A stretch of DNA of 47,096 nt from Elusimicrobiota bacterium (GCA_016207685.1 JACQPE010000083.1:1-47096), one strand, 5' to 3'; counted from the first letter of the stretch, positions 27,862 through 38,345 are shown. Program-made: numbers and translations. The notes: a model not told the origin generated them from the letters alone.

Positions 27862-29997
27862 TTAATTGGCGCCAGGCAGCTCATGAATGACAATTTCAAA
27901 TTGCGTTGGGATGGCGGTTTGAATTTTAGCTTTTAGTTTGATCGTCTTGATAAAAACGCCAAATTCGGGTGAAAACAAACCATCCGCAACTTCCAAGGGA
28001 AAAGGCGCCGATATTTCATAACGCCTCCCCCTGGGTGTTATCAGCACGGCCTTGCCTGCGCCTGCAAAACCCAATGAAATGTCTGGGGCAAGAACAAAAT
28101 TCCATTGCAAAGACGCTTCGTCCCCCTCATTCTTATGCAAAACGACAACCCGGTCGGACAACGTCAATCGAAGCAGCGCGCCGGCCGGATCAAAAATAAA
28201 ATTTCGGCGATGAATAAAACCTCCGGGGAGGCGCAAGTAACCATCATGCTCTCCCATAAATCGCCAAATGGACGTTTTTTCATCTAAATTAACGGCAACA
28301 GCGTTGGGATTTTTGACATGCGGCTCCAGGGCGAAAGGGCCGCCAAATTCATTCTGTTCGACATCATTAATGATAAGCGTATTATGGGACCCAGTTGACC
28401 GAAGTTCGTTACGAATGGAACGGTCGCGTAAATAAACCCCCGTCCCGGGATCCACAATGATATCTTCTCCATAAGCGGTCAAATGAAACGAAAGCCGGTC
28501 ATTGTGCGCATGCCCTCCCCTGTCGTGGGGTCCATTGCGGCCATTGCTCACTAACAGCAAATGCCCTCTTTTATAATGGGCGCACGAATAAAGGCCCCCT
28601 TGGGATAACTCCCGCGCAATGACGGCTCGGGATTCGATTTCCTGAAATTCGCCGGACTTTTTTTTGGAATCAAGCCATTGACGCCAAGTCACCCATGCGC
28701 GAGGCCCCAAAAGCCATAGGGCTTCCGGGGCTAAGTCATTATCCCGGCCTTCAAAAAAATTTGGATCGTTAAAAGCCAAGGCCCCCAAGCTGATCAAATA
28801 GGAATAGTCCAAGATCGGTCGCTCCGGAGCAAATCCCCAAAGTCTTCCGGAATCATTATCGCCGACCTGGACGGTCCGGCCATTGGACTTCATAAAAACA
28901 TCAATAGCCCTAATCATTGATTTAACGCGCCCGCCAAAGGCTGCCGGCATTTTCTCGTCCCGCATCAAGAGCCAGGAGGCCAAAAAAAACTCCGTCGCTA
29001 AACGGTGATAGCTCGTTGAACCCTCAAAATCCATCCCATCGTGAAATACCTGAAGGTCCAACTGCCGAAATAAACCTTGGCGGGCAAAATCGGCCCAATT
29101 TTGAGACGCCTGAAAATACGGATAGCAAACACTAATGTAGGCAAGACCGGTTAAATCTCCCAGCAAATGGTTCGTGGGCAACTCGAGATTCTTAAGAATA
29201 TGGGCGCCATGATGATAACTAAATGCCATTAACATTTCATTGACCCTGGGCTGGGTATTGAGCCATTCATCACCCAGCAAAGAAATGGCGGACAGGACAT
29301 TTGCGGCTCGCAAACCCACATCCATCGTGCATGCCCAATTGACCCCAAAGCCCGGTGGATTATGCCGGCACCAGTCTAAAAATTGCGCCGCGATCTCATC
29401 GGCATACTCCCGCTCGCCTGTTAAAACATGGGCTTGGGCCAGCGTAACAAAATGCGCCATGCGCGAAAGTTCCCATGGCAACTTGACATCAATGCCGTCC
29501 AATGATTCATAATCGCAATCAAGATAAACCCGCCCGGGCTCCCACCGGTGCGGATGAACCCAATCGTAATGCCAAGGAAGATACGTCGGCACATGATGAA
29601 ACCGCTCCGCGAGTTCTAGGGATAATTTTTTTAAATCACGCCCATGCGGCTCGAGAAGCCGATAACGCCCGGACAAGTGCTCCTTGGCTCGCCCAATAAT
29701 CGCCCCGGCATGGACGGGAAATTCTTGATGAATGAGCGCAACGAGCTCCGATTTTTGATTTAAAGGCCAAAACACCCACCGTGGAGAAAGGCTTTTGGGA
29801 GCTTGTTCTCGCGCTTGCGGCAAAAGCGCCCAACGCAACCGGCTCCGGCTTAACCAGCTTGTCAAACCCGCCTTTTGAAGCGCCCGCAAATACTCTCGGG
29901 CGGCCAACAAACGTATTTTTTTAGCGGCCTTTAATGCCAATAACCGCCATGGCTGGCGCCCATGTTTAAGGTAGCGCTGTTCCTGGCCCAACACCAA
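27862..29997 (-). CDS. Heparinase II/III-family protein
   Basis: DVKLPWELSR, NPPGFGVNWACTMDVGLR, NHL, DGMDFEGSTSYH, GDNDSGR, GHAHND, VDPG, RSTGSHNT. Confidence 0.9.
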   Translation of the reverse strand: MVLGQEQRYLKHGRQPWRLLALKAAKKIRLLAAREYLRALQKAGLTSWLSRSRLRWALLPQAREQAPKSLSPRWVFWPLNQKSELVALIHQEFPVHAGAIIGRAKEHLSGRYRLLEPHGRDLKKLSLELAERFHHVPTYLPWHYDWVHPHRWEPGRVYLDCDYESLDGIDVKLPWELSRMAHFVTLAQAHVLTGEREYADEIAAQFLDWCRHNPPGFGVNWACTMDVGLRAANVLSAISLLGDEWLNTQPRVNEMLMAFSYHHGAHILKNLELPTNHLLGDLTGLAYISVCYPYFQASQNWADFARQGLFRQLDLQVFHDGMDFEGSTSYHRLATEFFLASWLLMRDEKMPAAFGGRVKSMIRAIDVFMKSNGRTVQVGDNDSGRLWGFAPERPILDYSYLISLGALAFNDPNFFEGRDNDLAPEALWLLGPRAWVTWRQWLDSKKKSGEFQEIESRAVIARELSQGGLYSCAHYKRGHLLLVSNGRNGPHDRGGHAHNDRLSFHLTAYGEDIIVDPGTGVYLRDRSIRNELRSTGSHNTLIINDVEQNEFGGPFALEPHVKNPNAVAVNLDEKTSIWRFMGEHDGYLRLPGGFIHRRNFIFDPAGALLRLTLSDRVVVLHKNEGDEASLQWNFVLAPDISLGFAGAGKAVLITPRGRRYEISAPFPLEVADGLFSPEFGVFIKTIKLKAKIQTAIPTQFEIVIHELPGAN

Positions 29998-30000
29998 AAT

Positions 30001-32157
30001 TTAAACGGAGGATACTCGCCTAATCTCTTGATCAATGAAAAACGTCAGGCGCGTCACGGCTGCGGCCTCATCAAATGAAATCAAGGGCGAAGGGCTGATC
30101 CCGCCAAAATACCTTGCCAGAAGGCGCCACTGCTCTTCGAATCCCTTGGCGGGCGCATCGCGCTCAATAGTAAAATCTTTCCCTCTCACATGCGCCTTGA
30201 GCCGCTTGAAATCCTCCAGCACGATGGCGCCATCGGTCCCGGTGATCTCAAGCCGCTCTTTCCCTAAAAATCCCGGCGAGCTTGCCTGATACTGGATAGT
30301 GGCCATGACATCTTGCGAATACCTTAATGTGACGATTAACGCGTCCGTCAAGTGGGTCGCGCCATTCAAAGAATTAGCCGAGCAATCACTGGGTCCCACC
30401 GATGGATCGAGTGTCGTCGAACCAATGAGATAACCAACCAAATCAATCATATGACAAAGCTCGCCGATCACCCGTCCGCCTTCGAGCGGCTCGTAAATCC
30501 AATGGGACGCAGGCAGGGACTCCGCGGCCACGCGATATTGAATCATCCAAGGCTTGCCAAGGTCTTTTAATTGAAACTTCAACTGCTGCACCAAAGGAGA
30601 GAATCTTCTATTAAACCCAATATGGAAAGGCGCCGGCTTATCGTGATAAACTCTTTCCAGGTTCTCCAAATCCCCAATCGTCACAGCCAACGGCTTTTCC
30701 AAAAAAACAGCCTTGCCGGCAGCCAGTGCCTCGCGCGCCAAGAGCGCGTGCGTTTGATGCCGCGTCGCAATCAACACGGCATTAACGCGCTGATCGGAAA
30801 AAATTTCAGCCGGACTCGAGCAGGCGCGAGCGCCGAATTTCCGGGCCGCTTGCCACGACTTCTCCGGATGGCGATTGCAAATGGCGCGGATTTCATAAAG
30901 TTCAGAAAGCTTAGAGAGCAACGGCAAATGGGTGCTTGAGGCAAACCCGCCGGCGCCAATGATGCCGAGCCCAATTCGGCCTCTTGGGCGCGCATTTACT
31001 TGAGGCGCGAGCGCCATAGGCTTATCTGCCTTGCGGCCGTTCGCGTAGCCATAGGTTAAGAGGGTTAAAATGGCCGCTTGAGATGCGCCGGGCGCCAACT
31101 GCGCATAGGCTTCTTCCGCCTTCTCTATGGGATAAACAGCCTGGACCAAAGAGTTCACATCGAGCCGCTTATCCGAAATTAATTCCAAATAACAGGCCAT
31201 GTTCCGCGCTGCGGTCCAGCGCACATAAGTCTCGGGATAGTCAACCCCGCGCTCTTCATAATCAGGGTCATAGCGGCCGGGACCATAAGAAACGGCGATA
31301 TTCAGTTTCAAATCTTTTTCATAAAACAAGGACCGCGGCAATGCCACGGGGACGTCGCCCAGAATGGTCAATCGTCCGCGTCTTCTTAAAATCCGCGCCG
31401 CAAATTCGATGGGGGCGGGATCCGCCGGGGCATGCAAAGCCAAAACAACGCCATCAACGCCATGCCCCCGGGTCCAGTCGAAAACTTGAGCCGGAGATGA
31501 CGCCGAGGGCTCCAAAAATTTCCAAATCCAGCCGCGCTCGTGAGCGAAGCTCAACCGGCGCGCATTGCGGTCGATACCAATGACGCGCGCTCCGGCCGCC
31601 CGAGATAGCTGGGCCGCGATTTGACCCAAAGCTCCCATGCCGACGATAGCGATCGTTTCTCCGAGACGCACATCAAGCTGGCGCAACGCATTAAGCGCAA
31701 TGGCGCCCAAAGTCGCGGTTGATGCTTCTTCGAAACTCACACCATGGGGAATTTTGACGCACAAACGGCTCGATGCCAAAATCTCTTCCGCGTGATGCGC
31801 AAACTGATTGCCGGAACACGCCACCCGGTCGCCGGGAGCAAAACCTGAAACTTGTCTCCCGCAAGCGACAACAATGCCGGCGGCGGAATAGCCCACGGGG
31901 TGTCCCATGTGTAATTTTTCACTGATTTTTTCCACAAGAGCGCCAATGCCCCGTTGTCGCCAATAATCCAACGCTTGCCTAAAACGATTCGAACTTTGGA
32001 CTGGATTAAAACCGGAGGAGACAATCAGCGCTTGTTCCGATCCAGGCGATAGAGCGGAGGCCAAAAGACGGACCTTGAGCTCATGATCGTCCGGCTCCCC
32101 AATCCCGGGGACCTCGCAAAGTCTAACCCGGCCGCCTTCAAGCAATAATTTTTTCAT
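30001..32157 (-). CDS. Bi-domain oxidoreductase (MDR alcohol-dehydrogenase-like plus Gfo/Idh/MocA)
   Basis: GYSAAG, HAE, SYGPGRYDPDYEERGVDYP...RW, then GIIGAGGF, VFLEKP, GFNRRFSP, GELCH. Confidence 0.9.
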   Translation of the reverse strand: MKKLLLEGGRVRLCEVPGIGEPDDHELKVRLLASALSPGSEQALIVSSGFNPVQSSNRFRQALDYWRQRGIGALVEKISEKLHMGHPVGYSAAGIVVACGRQVSGFAPGDRVACSGNQFAHHAEEILASSRLCVKIPHGVSFEEASTATLGAIALNALRQLDVRLGETIAIVGMGALGQIAAQLSRAAGARVIGIDRNARRLSFAHERGWIWKFLEPSASSPAQVFDWTRGHGVDGVVLALHAPADPAPIEFAARILRRRGRLTILGDVPVALPRSLFYEKDLKLNIAVSYGPGRYDPDYEERGVDYPETYVRWTAARNMACYLELISDKRLDVNSLVQAVYPIEKAEEAYAQLAPGASQAAILTLLTYGYANGRKADKPMALAPQVNARPRGRIGLGIIGAGGFASSTHLPLLSKLSELYEIRAICNRHPEKSWQAARKFGARACSSPAEIFSDQRVNAVLIATRHQTHALLAREALAAGKAVFLEKPLAVTIGDLENLERVYHDKPAPFHIGFNRRFSPLVQQLKFQLKDLGKPWMIQYRVAAESLPASHWIYEPLEGGRVIGELCHMIDLVGYLIGSTTLDPSVGPSDCSANSLNGATHLTDALIVTLRYSQDVMATIQYQASSPGFLGKERLEITGTDGAIVLEDFKRLKAHVRGKDFTIERDAPAKGFEEQWRLLARYFGGISPSPLISFDEAAAVTRLTFFIDQEIRRVSSV

Positions 32158-33145
32158 CACCAGCGCCCTTTAATTCTACCTCTTGAGCGGCCAAAGGCGC
32201 CGCCATCGCCTCCCAAATAAGAGCCCCGACCACTGATGCCGTTAACGACAAATAAATCGTCGCATGAAGAACCAGGAGCATGGCCAGCGACTGTTCCTTG
32301 GCGAATCCCATTTGACCCAATGTCCATGACCCCATCAACTCATAAATGCCGATAGCGCCGGGACTCACCGATGAGGCATAAGCCATCGCCAAGACAGCCT
32401 GGGTGAACACCATCTGAGGAAAAGTTAATGTGATGCCGAACCCCCTGCTGATTAAACCCAATTGCAGCACATCAAATAACCAAATGGTCAGGGCCGTCCC
32501 CAGGGCCACGGCAACGCGTCCCCGGAGCCGTTCAGCCAAACGGCGCCAACCTTGAACAATATCGTCACGTTTTGACATGAGCTTAGTGCGCCAGGCTCCT
32601 ATATCAAAAATTAACGCAATAACCGCAACGATAACGAAAAATCCGAGGATCAACGCCAGCATCAGCACGGCCCTCCCCCGGTCCTGGACCGTGCCGGCAA
32701 CCCCCTCGAACCACAAATAAAAAAGTCCGGTATTTGTTAAAAAAGCGAAAGCCAAAAGAATTAAGAGGCATAAAACATCAAGCATCCGCTCAACTGCCAC
32801 GGCCAAACCTGAGGCCAGAATCCCTGACTTCAAGTTCTTAACCAAATAAAAAACTTTGATCCCCTCTCCCACCCGCAGAGGAATAACCGCATTGGCCCCC
32901 AAGCCAATGGTCATGGCCCGCGCGCATGGAGCCCAATAGCGCCATTGGCCGCTGATAATCCATGACATTCTAAAACCACGAAACAACATGCCTGCCATCA
33001 TCATGGCTGCCATAAGAACCGGCCGCCACCAAGCAAGCTCTGCAATCTGACCACGCAGATCGCTCCAAGGCATCCGCCGCAGCGCCAGCCATAAAAATAA
33101 GACCCCGAGCGCAACGCTAATGATTGCTCGAAAAATCTTCCGCAT
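32138..33145 (-). CDS. Lysylphosphatidylglycerol-synthase TM domain protein (UPF0104/AglD-like flippase)
   Basis: RGFR, NAVIPLRVGE, VERMLD, PGAIGIYE motifs; multi-TM. Confidence 0.85.
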   Translation of the reverse strand: MRKIFRAIISVALGVLFLWLALRRMPWSDLRGQIAELAWWRPVLMAAMMMAGMLFRGFRMSWIISGQWRYWAPCARAMTIGLGANAVIPLRVGEGIKVFYLVKNLKSGILASGLAVAVERMLDVLCLLILLAFAFLTNTGLFYLWFEGVAGTVQDRGRAVLMLALILGFFVIVAVIALIFDIGAWRTKLMSKRDDIVQGWRRLAERLRGRVAVALGTALTIWLFDVLQLGLISRGFGITLTFPQMVFTQAVLAMAYASSVSPGAIGIYELMGSWTLGQMGFAKEQSLAMLLVLHATIYLSLTASVVGALIWEAMAAPLAAQEVELKGAGDEKIIA

Positions 33146-33882
33146 TAGCCTCTCATCAAAAGTTTCGTGTAATCCGCCATGGACCGCGCCCATCGGAAGC
33201 CGCTGGCCGATCGCTTAAGTCCGTAATCGAGCATTAGCGGAATCTCCCTAACCCGCGCGTCCAAGACCGCGGCGCGCAAAAGAATCTCAAGTTGTATGCC
33301 GAATCCATTTTGGGACAGCGGCTTCTCCCGGTTCTCTAGAATTCTTTTGATAAAATCCCCCCGGTACGCGCGGAATCCGCAAGTTAAATCCCCTATCCCG
33401 CCCAAAAGCCGATAACGATAACGAAAAATAGCGCGCGCCATGGATGCCACACGGGAACGCAATAAGGGCATCCCGATCTCGCCTGATCCTTCCCCGGCAA
33501 AACGCGAAGCGATCACCAGATCAGCCCGGCCGTCATGGATCATTTGAACCATAGCCGGAATCATCGCCGCCGGATGCGTTCCATCGGCATCAAGCGTGAC
33601 GACGGCATCCGAAAAACCAAGATCGGGCCGAAGCCGATTAAAAATCTCACGCAAACTTGCTCCCAAGCCTTTATTTGTTTGATGACGAATAAGCTCAATC
33701 GGCATCTTGGACTGAAATGGCGCGGCAGCATCATAAGTTCTGTCCGATGACGCATCATCAACAAAAATAACACGCCAAGGCCTTTCCCTGCTTATTTCCG
33801 CAAAATTTTGAAGAAGGCGCCCGATCGCGGCCTCTTCATTATAGGCGCACAAAGCAATAATAATCGCCGGGTCAGCATCCAT
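33145..33882 (-). CDS. Glycosyltransferase family 2 (polyprenol-phosphate sugar synthase-like)
   Basis: AYNEE, VDDASSD, TLDADGTHP, IASRF, DLTCGFRAY. Confidence 0.9.
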   Translation of the reverse strand: MDADPAIIIALCAYNEEAAIGRLLQNFAEISRERPWRVIFVDDASSDRTYDAAAPFQSKMPIELIRHQTNKGLGASLREIFNRLRPDLGFSDAVVTLDADGTHPAAMIPAMVQMIHDGRADLVIASRFAGEGSGEIGMPLLRSRVASMARAIFRYRYRLLGGIGDLTCGFRAYRGDFIKRILENREKPLSQNGFGIQLEILLRAAVLDARVREIPLMLDYGLKRSASGFRWARSMADYTKLLMRG

Positions 33883-33898
33883 AGGAATCTTGAATTTC

Positions 33899-34008
33899 AA
33901 ATGTCGAATGTCGAATTACGAAATCAGAAAAATTTCGAATTTCGAATTTCAAATTTCGAATTAAGGAAGTCCCCTTATTCGTCATTTAAAATTCGTCATT
34001 CGACATTT
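33899..34008. repeat. Inverted heptamer (TCGAATT/G-type) repeat array
   Basis: AAATGTCGAATGTCGAATT (33899-33917) pairs with AATTCGTCATTCGACATTT (33990-34008), 18/19; internal TTTCGAA repeats. Confidence 0.85.
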
Positions 34009-34958
34009 CCGAGGACTGTCTTTTTCTCAACATGATACGTTTTCACGGTTGAGGTCGCCATAAAGTTGCGCACCGTCAAGTCCGCCAACACTCCCAAAAA
34101 TAAAAAAAATAGAGAGCTGCATGCCAAAAAAAGTCCCAAAAAGAACAAAGGCGAAATCCATTCCCCCCCCAAAATCAATTTCCTAAAAATAACGAAAGTT
34201 TCAAGCCCTCCGGCCGCCAAAAAAAGCCCCGCGGCCGCCGAACCAAAAAGGTGCATTGGTCGCGTCATATAGGAAAAATAAAATTCCAATAAAATAGCGT
34301 CCAGCACGACTTTCCAAATTCGCGGAATCAAGGCATAGTTAGACCGTCCCGCCACGCGCCGGCGATGGCGCACCGGAATCTCCACGAGGCGAGCCCCGCT
34401 CCAGACCAAATAAGCCGGTAAAAGCCGGTGCATTTCACCCATAATAGGGAGCTTTTCAAGCGCTTTCCTTTTATACGCGCGCAAGGTGCAGCCGGAATCA
34501 TGAAGTTCCACATGGGCGATGGCGCCGATTAGCCTATTGGCTGCTCGCGAGATTACGCTGCGCAACCAGTCATCCTGGCGGCTTTGGCGCCATCCACAAA
34601 CGACATCCGCGTCATCGCCAAGCTTTTCAATAAGCGCCGGAATATCCGCCGGGTCATTTTGGCGGTCGCCGTCAATGGTGACAACGATTTCGCCGCGGGC
34701 ATGTTCAAGCCCGCAAGCCAAAGCAGCCGACTGGCCAAAATGGCGCCTCATCTTAAGATAAACGCAGACGCCGCCCCGCGGTTGAAGAGCAAGGACTTCC
34801 TCTTCTGTTTTGTCCGTGCTCCCATCATTGACCCAGAGAATCTCCCAATTTCCACCGGCTGAACATACGGCCGCAATCTCGTTAAACAAGGGCCTGATAT
34901 TAGGCCCCTCGTTATGCACCGGAATAATGATTGAAATCATCGGGTTTTCTTGTCTCAT
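33996..34958 (-). CDS. Glycosyltransferase family 2 (ArnC/GtrB-like, two C-terminal TM helices)
   Basis: PVHNE, VNDGSTD, FGQSAA, DGDRQNDP, DSGCTLRAY, GEMHRLLP. Confidence 0.93.
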   Translation of the reverse strand: MRQENPMISIIIPVHNEGPNIRPLFNEIAAVCSAGGNWEILWVNDGSTDKTEEEVLALQPRGGVCVYLKMRRHFGQSAALACGLEHARGEIVVTIDGDRQNDPADIPALIEKLGDDADVVCGWRQSRQDDWLRSVISRAANRLIGAIAHVELHDSGCTLRAYKRKALEKLPIMGEMHRLLPAYLVWSGARLVEIPVRHRRRVAGRSNYALIPRIWKVVLDAILLEFYFSYMTRPMHLFGSAAAGLFLAAGGLETFVIFRKLILGGEWISPLFFLGLFLACSSLFFLFLGVLADLTVRNFMATSTVKTYHVEKKTVLGNVE

Positions 34959-36481
34959 TAAAATTCGTCGCGCCCGGCCATCATCTTAAGAAGTTTCCAT
35001 TGTCCCTTGCGAAAAGGCTCGATGCGGCATGCCATTCGCCCGGCCCACAAGGCGTAAGGCCTCCGCACGGGAGCAACACGGCTGATTAAATACTCGAAAT
35101 AACCCCTTTGCGACCACGTCTCCGGGTTTTGCGAATCCCAGCGCAGCGAGGCCTTAAGCTCGCGGTCGATTTCCTTTTCCGCGGTTCCCGGCATCACCGC
35201 CATCATCCCAACCCATGCGCCGCTCTGCATTAATGCCGCGCGCCCCAAGGTCAACGTGGCGGCGCCGGAAAAAAGCGCCATGGCGCAAAAAACAACAACG
35301 ATCACGCCCCCTGCGTTCCCGGCAGGCTTTTGGGCCGCACTTTTGTTTAGGCTTGCGTGCGAAGCCGTAAGAGCGACAAAAACAAGAAAAATGGGCAATA
35401 GAAAATGGCTGGACTCAAAAATCCCTGATAACGCGAAAATCCAAAGGGTTGCTGAAAGACTCCACGAAAAGGGCCGCCGGCGCAGATATAAATGCCTGCA
35501 GGAATAAATCAACCAGCAAATCAAAAAAACACCGATGAGACCATATTGACATAAGTATTCTACGGCCGCATTATGACTCAAAATCGAACGAAGCCCAGAC
35601 GAGTCCCCGTGATAAATAGGATACGCCGAAGCAAAGCCGCCTAAATGAGCGACGCCCAGCAATGGATGGTCAAGAAACATCAGCCATCCCGCGCGCGTCC
35701 AGTGCAGCCGCTGCGTTAAAGACTGCGGCCCCGTGGAGCCACCGATGGCCATCGCAAAAAACAATACGCCCAACATGGCAGCTAAAATAAAAATCTTAGG
35801 GCCAAAACGTTCCTTCAACAAACGCCTTGCTCCAATGACAAGTCCCATCAACGCCACCGCGCCAACCATCGAGCGGCTGCTCAGAAGTGAAACGGCCGCA
35901 ATCGCCACGACGCCACCATAAAACCAAAAAATCCGACCATCCCTGTTGCGGTTCTCCTCAAGCCAAAATTCAATCGCCGTCGGTAAAATAAGGCCTAAAT
36001 ACACGGCTAAAATGTTCTGATTCGCCAGCGCCAAATGCCTTGCTTCGCTGTGACTAAAAATCCATCGAGCGCCGATCCAAATGCATGAAACAATCCAGGC
36101 CCCGGCAACAGCCAAAAAACGAATTCCCCGGACACGCTCCGGAGAACAGGCGGCATCCTCATTGACGCGCTCGATCAGAAGGCAGCCGAACACAAGACAA
36201 ACGGCAATTCCGAGAGCCTGCTCCCACATCCAGCTTGTCGTGCGCCAAGCCGAGCATAAACAATAAACAATCAAAGCGCCCCAGGGCCTAATATCAACCG
36301 CTTCAAAACGGCGTTTTGCGCTTAACATCGAGGCGGCCAAAATCACCGCTGCGATAAAACATAAAATAAACGGCCCCGTAACTTTCGGTGCTAACCCATA
36401 AAGAGACGGCGCCGTCAAAAGCGGCAAAAATAACAAAAAATCTTTGGGGTGAATTGTCAGCGGCTGATCAATATCAGTCAA
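34958..36481 (-). CDS. O-antigen ligase (WaaL/Wzy_C)-family protein, candidate pilin oligosaccharyltransferase
   Basis: NQNILAVY, SRS, QRLHW...FLDHPLLGV...F...Y, SHN; multi-TM; overlaps the pilQ stop. Confidence 0.8.
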   Translation of the reverse strand: MTDIDQPLTIHPKDFLLFLPLLTAPSLYGLAPKVTGPFILCFIAAVILAASMLSAKRRFEAVDIRPWGALIVYCLCSAWRTTSWMWEQALGIAVCLVFGCLLIERVNEDAACSPERVRGIRFLAVAGAWIVSCIWIGARWIFSHSEARHLALANQNILAVYLGLILPTAIEFWLEENRNRDGRIFWFYGGVVAIAAVSLLSSRSMVGAVALMGLVIGARRLLKERFGPKIFILAAMLGVLFFAMAIGGSTGPQSLTQRLHWTRAGWLMFLDHPLLGVAHLGGFASAYPIYHGDSSGLRSILSHNAAVEYLCQYGLIGVFLICWLIYSCRHLYLRRRPFSWSLSATLWIFALSGIFESSHFLLPIFLVFVALTASHASLNKSAAQKPAGNAGGVIVVVFCAMALFSGAATLTLGRAALMQSGAWVGMMAVMPGTAEKEIDRELKASLRWDSQNPETWSQRGYFEYLISRVAPVRRPYALWAGRMACRIEPFRKGQWKLLKMMAGRDEF

Positions 36482-38345
36482 CGATTTTAGGCGTCACAAA
36501 CACTAAAAGTTCGGTTCTTGGCTCATTCAACGACGTTCGACGAAAAATCCAGCCGATAAGCGGTAAATCACCCAAAAACGGCACCTTAGTTGTTTGTCTA
36601 TCTTTCAGTTCGGTAATCAAACCGCCAATAACGGCCGTCTCGCCATCTTTCACAATGAGCGTCGTTGAAGCCGTGCGTGAATTGATCGCCGGCGCCAGCC
36701 CCGGAATGCCGCCGGTTGATCCCACTTGGCTGACAGTGGGCGTAATTTTCATCCGAATGTAACCATCTGAAGTAACCACGGGGGTCACCGCCAGCATCAC
36801 GCCCACGCTAAGATAAGAAACGCTCTGCGTCGTTCCCACGCCCGGCGAGACCGTCGTCTGCACTGTCGGCACTTGGCTGCCCGCTGATATGGTGGCCGGC
36901 TGGTTGTTCAACGTGACAATTTTCGGATTGGAAAGAACCTTAAGCTTTCCTTCGCGGGCCGCCAGCGTCAATGCCGTCGTTAAAAAAGAGGTGTTTGTCA
37001 CGCGTCCAAAGGCAAATCCGAGCGATGTGACGGCCGTTCCTCCGGCCGGAAGGCTTAATCGAAGAGGATTGTCCGGCATCACACCGTCAGCGCCGCCGAT
37101 GGGTTCGGCGCTGTTAGGGTCGAAACTGCCCAGCGATTGCCGGTCTACTTTATCACCGGAGCTTCGATCCCAAGACTTGGCGTATTGCCACTCGATGCCG
37201 TAATCAAGCGCCTTATCTATCTGCAAATCAATCACCTTGGCCTCGATAGAAACGGCTTTAGGCCGGGCGTCCAATTCTTTAATGAGCTTGGCCGTCTGCA
37301 ATAAGCCATCTTCGGTATCGACCACGATCAATGCGTTGATATCATTGGCGATCAAAATGTTGCCTTTACGGCCCTCCAATTGGCGGATAGCGTCCAAATG
37401 CGTTTTCATTTCGGAAGCCGCGATATAATTCAAAACAAAAATCCTCGTGAACGTAATGGCTTGCTGCTTCTCGGCCAAATAGGTATTCGGACCCATGACC
37501 TTAATGACATTGGACCCCGTCTGCAGGGCCACCATCTGCTTCATGGATAAAACCGTCTGCCAAACCTCCCGAAACGGCGTCTGCTTGAGCTTAAGCGTAA
37601 TCATTCCCGAGACATCAGATGCCGTAATCAAATTAACTTTGCTGCCGGTTAAAGCCTCCAATTTTTCAATCATGATGGTTAAAACGATTTTCATGTCAAC
37701 ATCTTGGAAATTCACATCAATCGGTGAACCCGGAAGCTCCGCTAAGATATCATGAACGCGCGCCGGCTCCCGGGAAGGCGCCGCCGGCGCTTGAGCCGGT
37801 TCTCGGGAAACATCCGATACAATTTTAGGAGACGGACCCTTGCCCGTGTCATCCAAAAAAAGCGTCACCAATCCCTCGGTTTCTTGGGTTTGGAAAGGGG
37901 TTGCCCGGCCCAAATCAACCACCACGCGCGCGACGCTTTCCGGGGCGCTGGCAAACTGCGCCACGCGAATATCCTCGATTAATCCGGAAGAATCTTTGGG
38001 CGCCTTGAACTTCTCGGCAAAACCGGCAGGCACCCATGTGTCATAAAATTCGAGAATGACTTTCGGCGGCCTGCTGACGGCGAAAGCCTTATATTTGGCC
38101 TCCTTGCCGTCTAGATGAACTCGAATTTTTTGCGTCTCCATCTCAATTCCGGAAAGCTTCGTCGCCGCCCGCCAAGTTTCCGCCGCAAAGGAGCCGCGGG
38201 TTGCGAGTTGCGGGTTCAAAGCTAGAAAAGCCAGCCCAAAAACTAAAAACGGATAGCGGATCTTAAGCAAGCGCAAATTTAAAAAAATTTTTCTATTTTT
38301 TCCGCTAACGCGCAACTCGCAACGCGCAACGCGCAACCTCTTCAC
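36474..38345 (-). CDS. pilQ: Type IV pilus secretin with N-terminal AMIN domain
   Basis: IRVAQF...ARVVVDL (AMIN); LSNPKIVTLNNQPATI, VKDGETAVIGGL, KVPFLGDLPLIGWIF, ELLVFVTPKI. Confidence 0.95.
   Translation of the reverse strand: MKRLRVARCELRVSGKNRKIFLNLRLLKIRYPFLVFGLAFLALNPQLATRGSFAAETWRAATKLSGIEMETQKIRVHLDGKEAKYKAFAVSRPPKVILEFYDTWVPAGFAEKFKAPKDSSGLIEDIRVAQFASAPESVARVVVDLGRATPFQTQETEGLVTLFLDDTGKGPSPKIVSDVSREPAQAPAAPSREPARVHDILAELPGSPIDVNFQDVDMKIVLTIMIEKLEALTGSKVNLITASDVSGMITLKLKQTPFREVWQTVLSMKQMVALQTGSNVIKVMGPNTYLAEKQQAITFTRIFVLNYIAASEMKTHLDAIRQLEGRKGNILIANDINALIVVDTEDGLLQTAKLIKELDARPKAVSIEAKVIDLQIDKALDYGIEWQYAKSWDRSSGDKVDRQSLGSFDPNSAEPIGGADGVMPDNPLRLSLPAGGTAVTSLGFAFGRVTNTSFLTTALTLAAREGKLKVLSNPKIVTLNNQPATISAGSQVPTVQTTVSPGVGTTQSVSYLSVGVMLAVTPVVTSDGYIRMKITPTVSQVGSTGGIPGLAPAINSRTASTTLIVKDGETAVIGGLITELKDRQTTKVPFLGDLPLIGWIFRRTSLNEPRTELLVFVTPKIVD
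38196..38338. repeat. Inverted heptamer (CGCAAC[G/T/C]) arms inside the 5' end of pilQ
   Basis: GCGGGTTGCGAGTTGCGGGTT (38196-38216) pairs with AACGCGCAACTCGCAACGCGC (38307-38327), 19/21. Confidence 0.8.

Noticed and set aside
27862-29997. Heparin-degrading catabolic enzyme
   Set aside because: No signal peptide, and it is embedded among biosynthetic genes, where this family commonly occurs with the bi-domain oxidoreductase.
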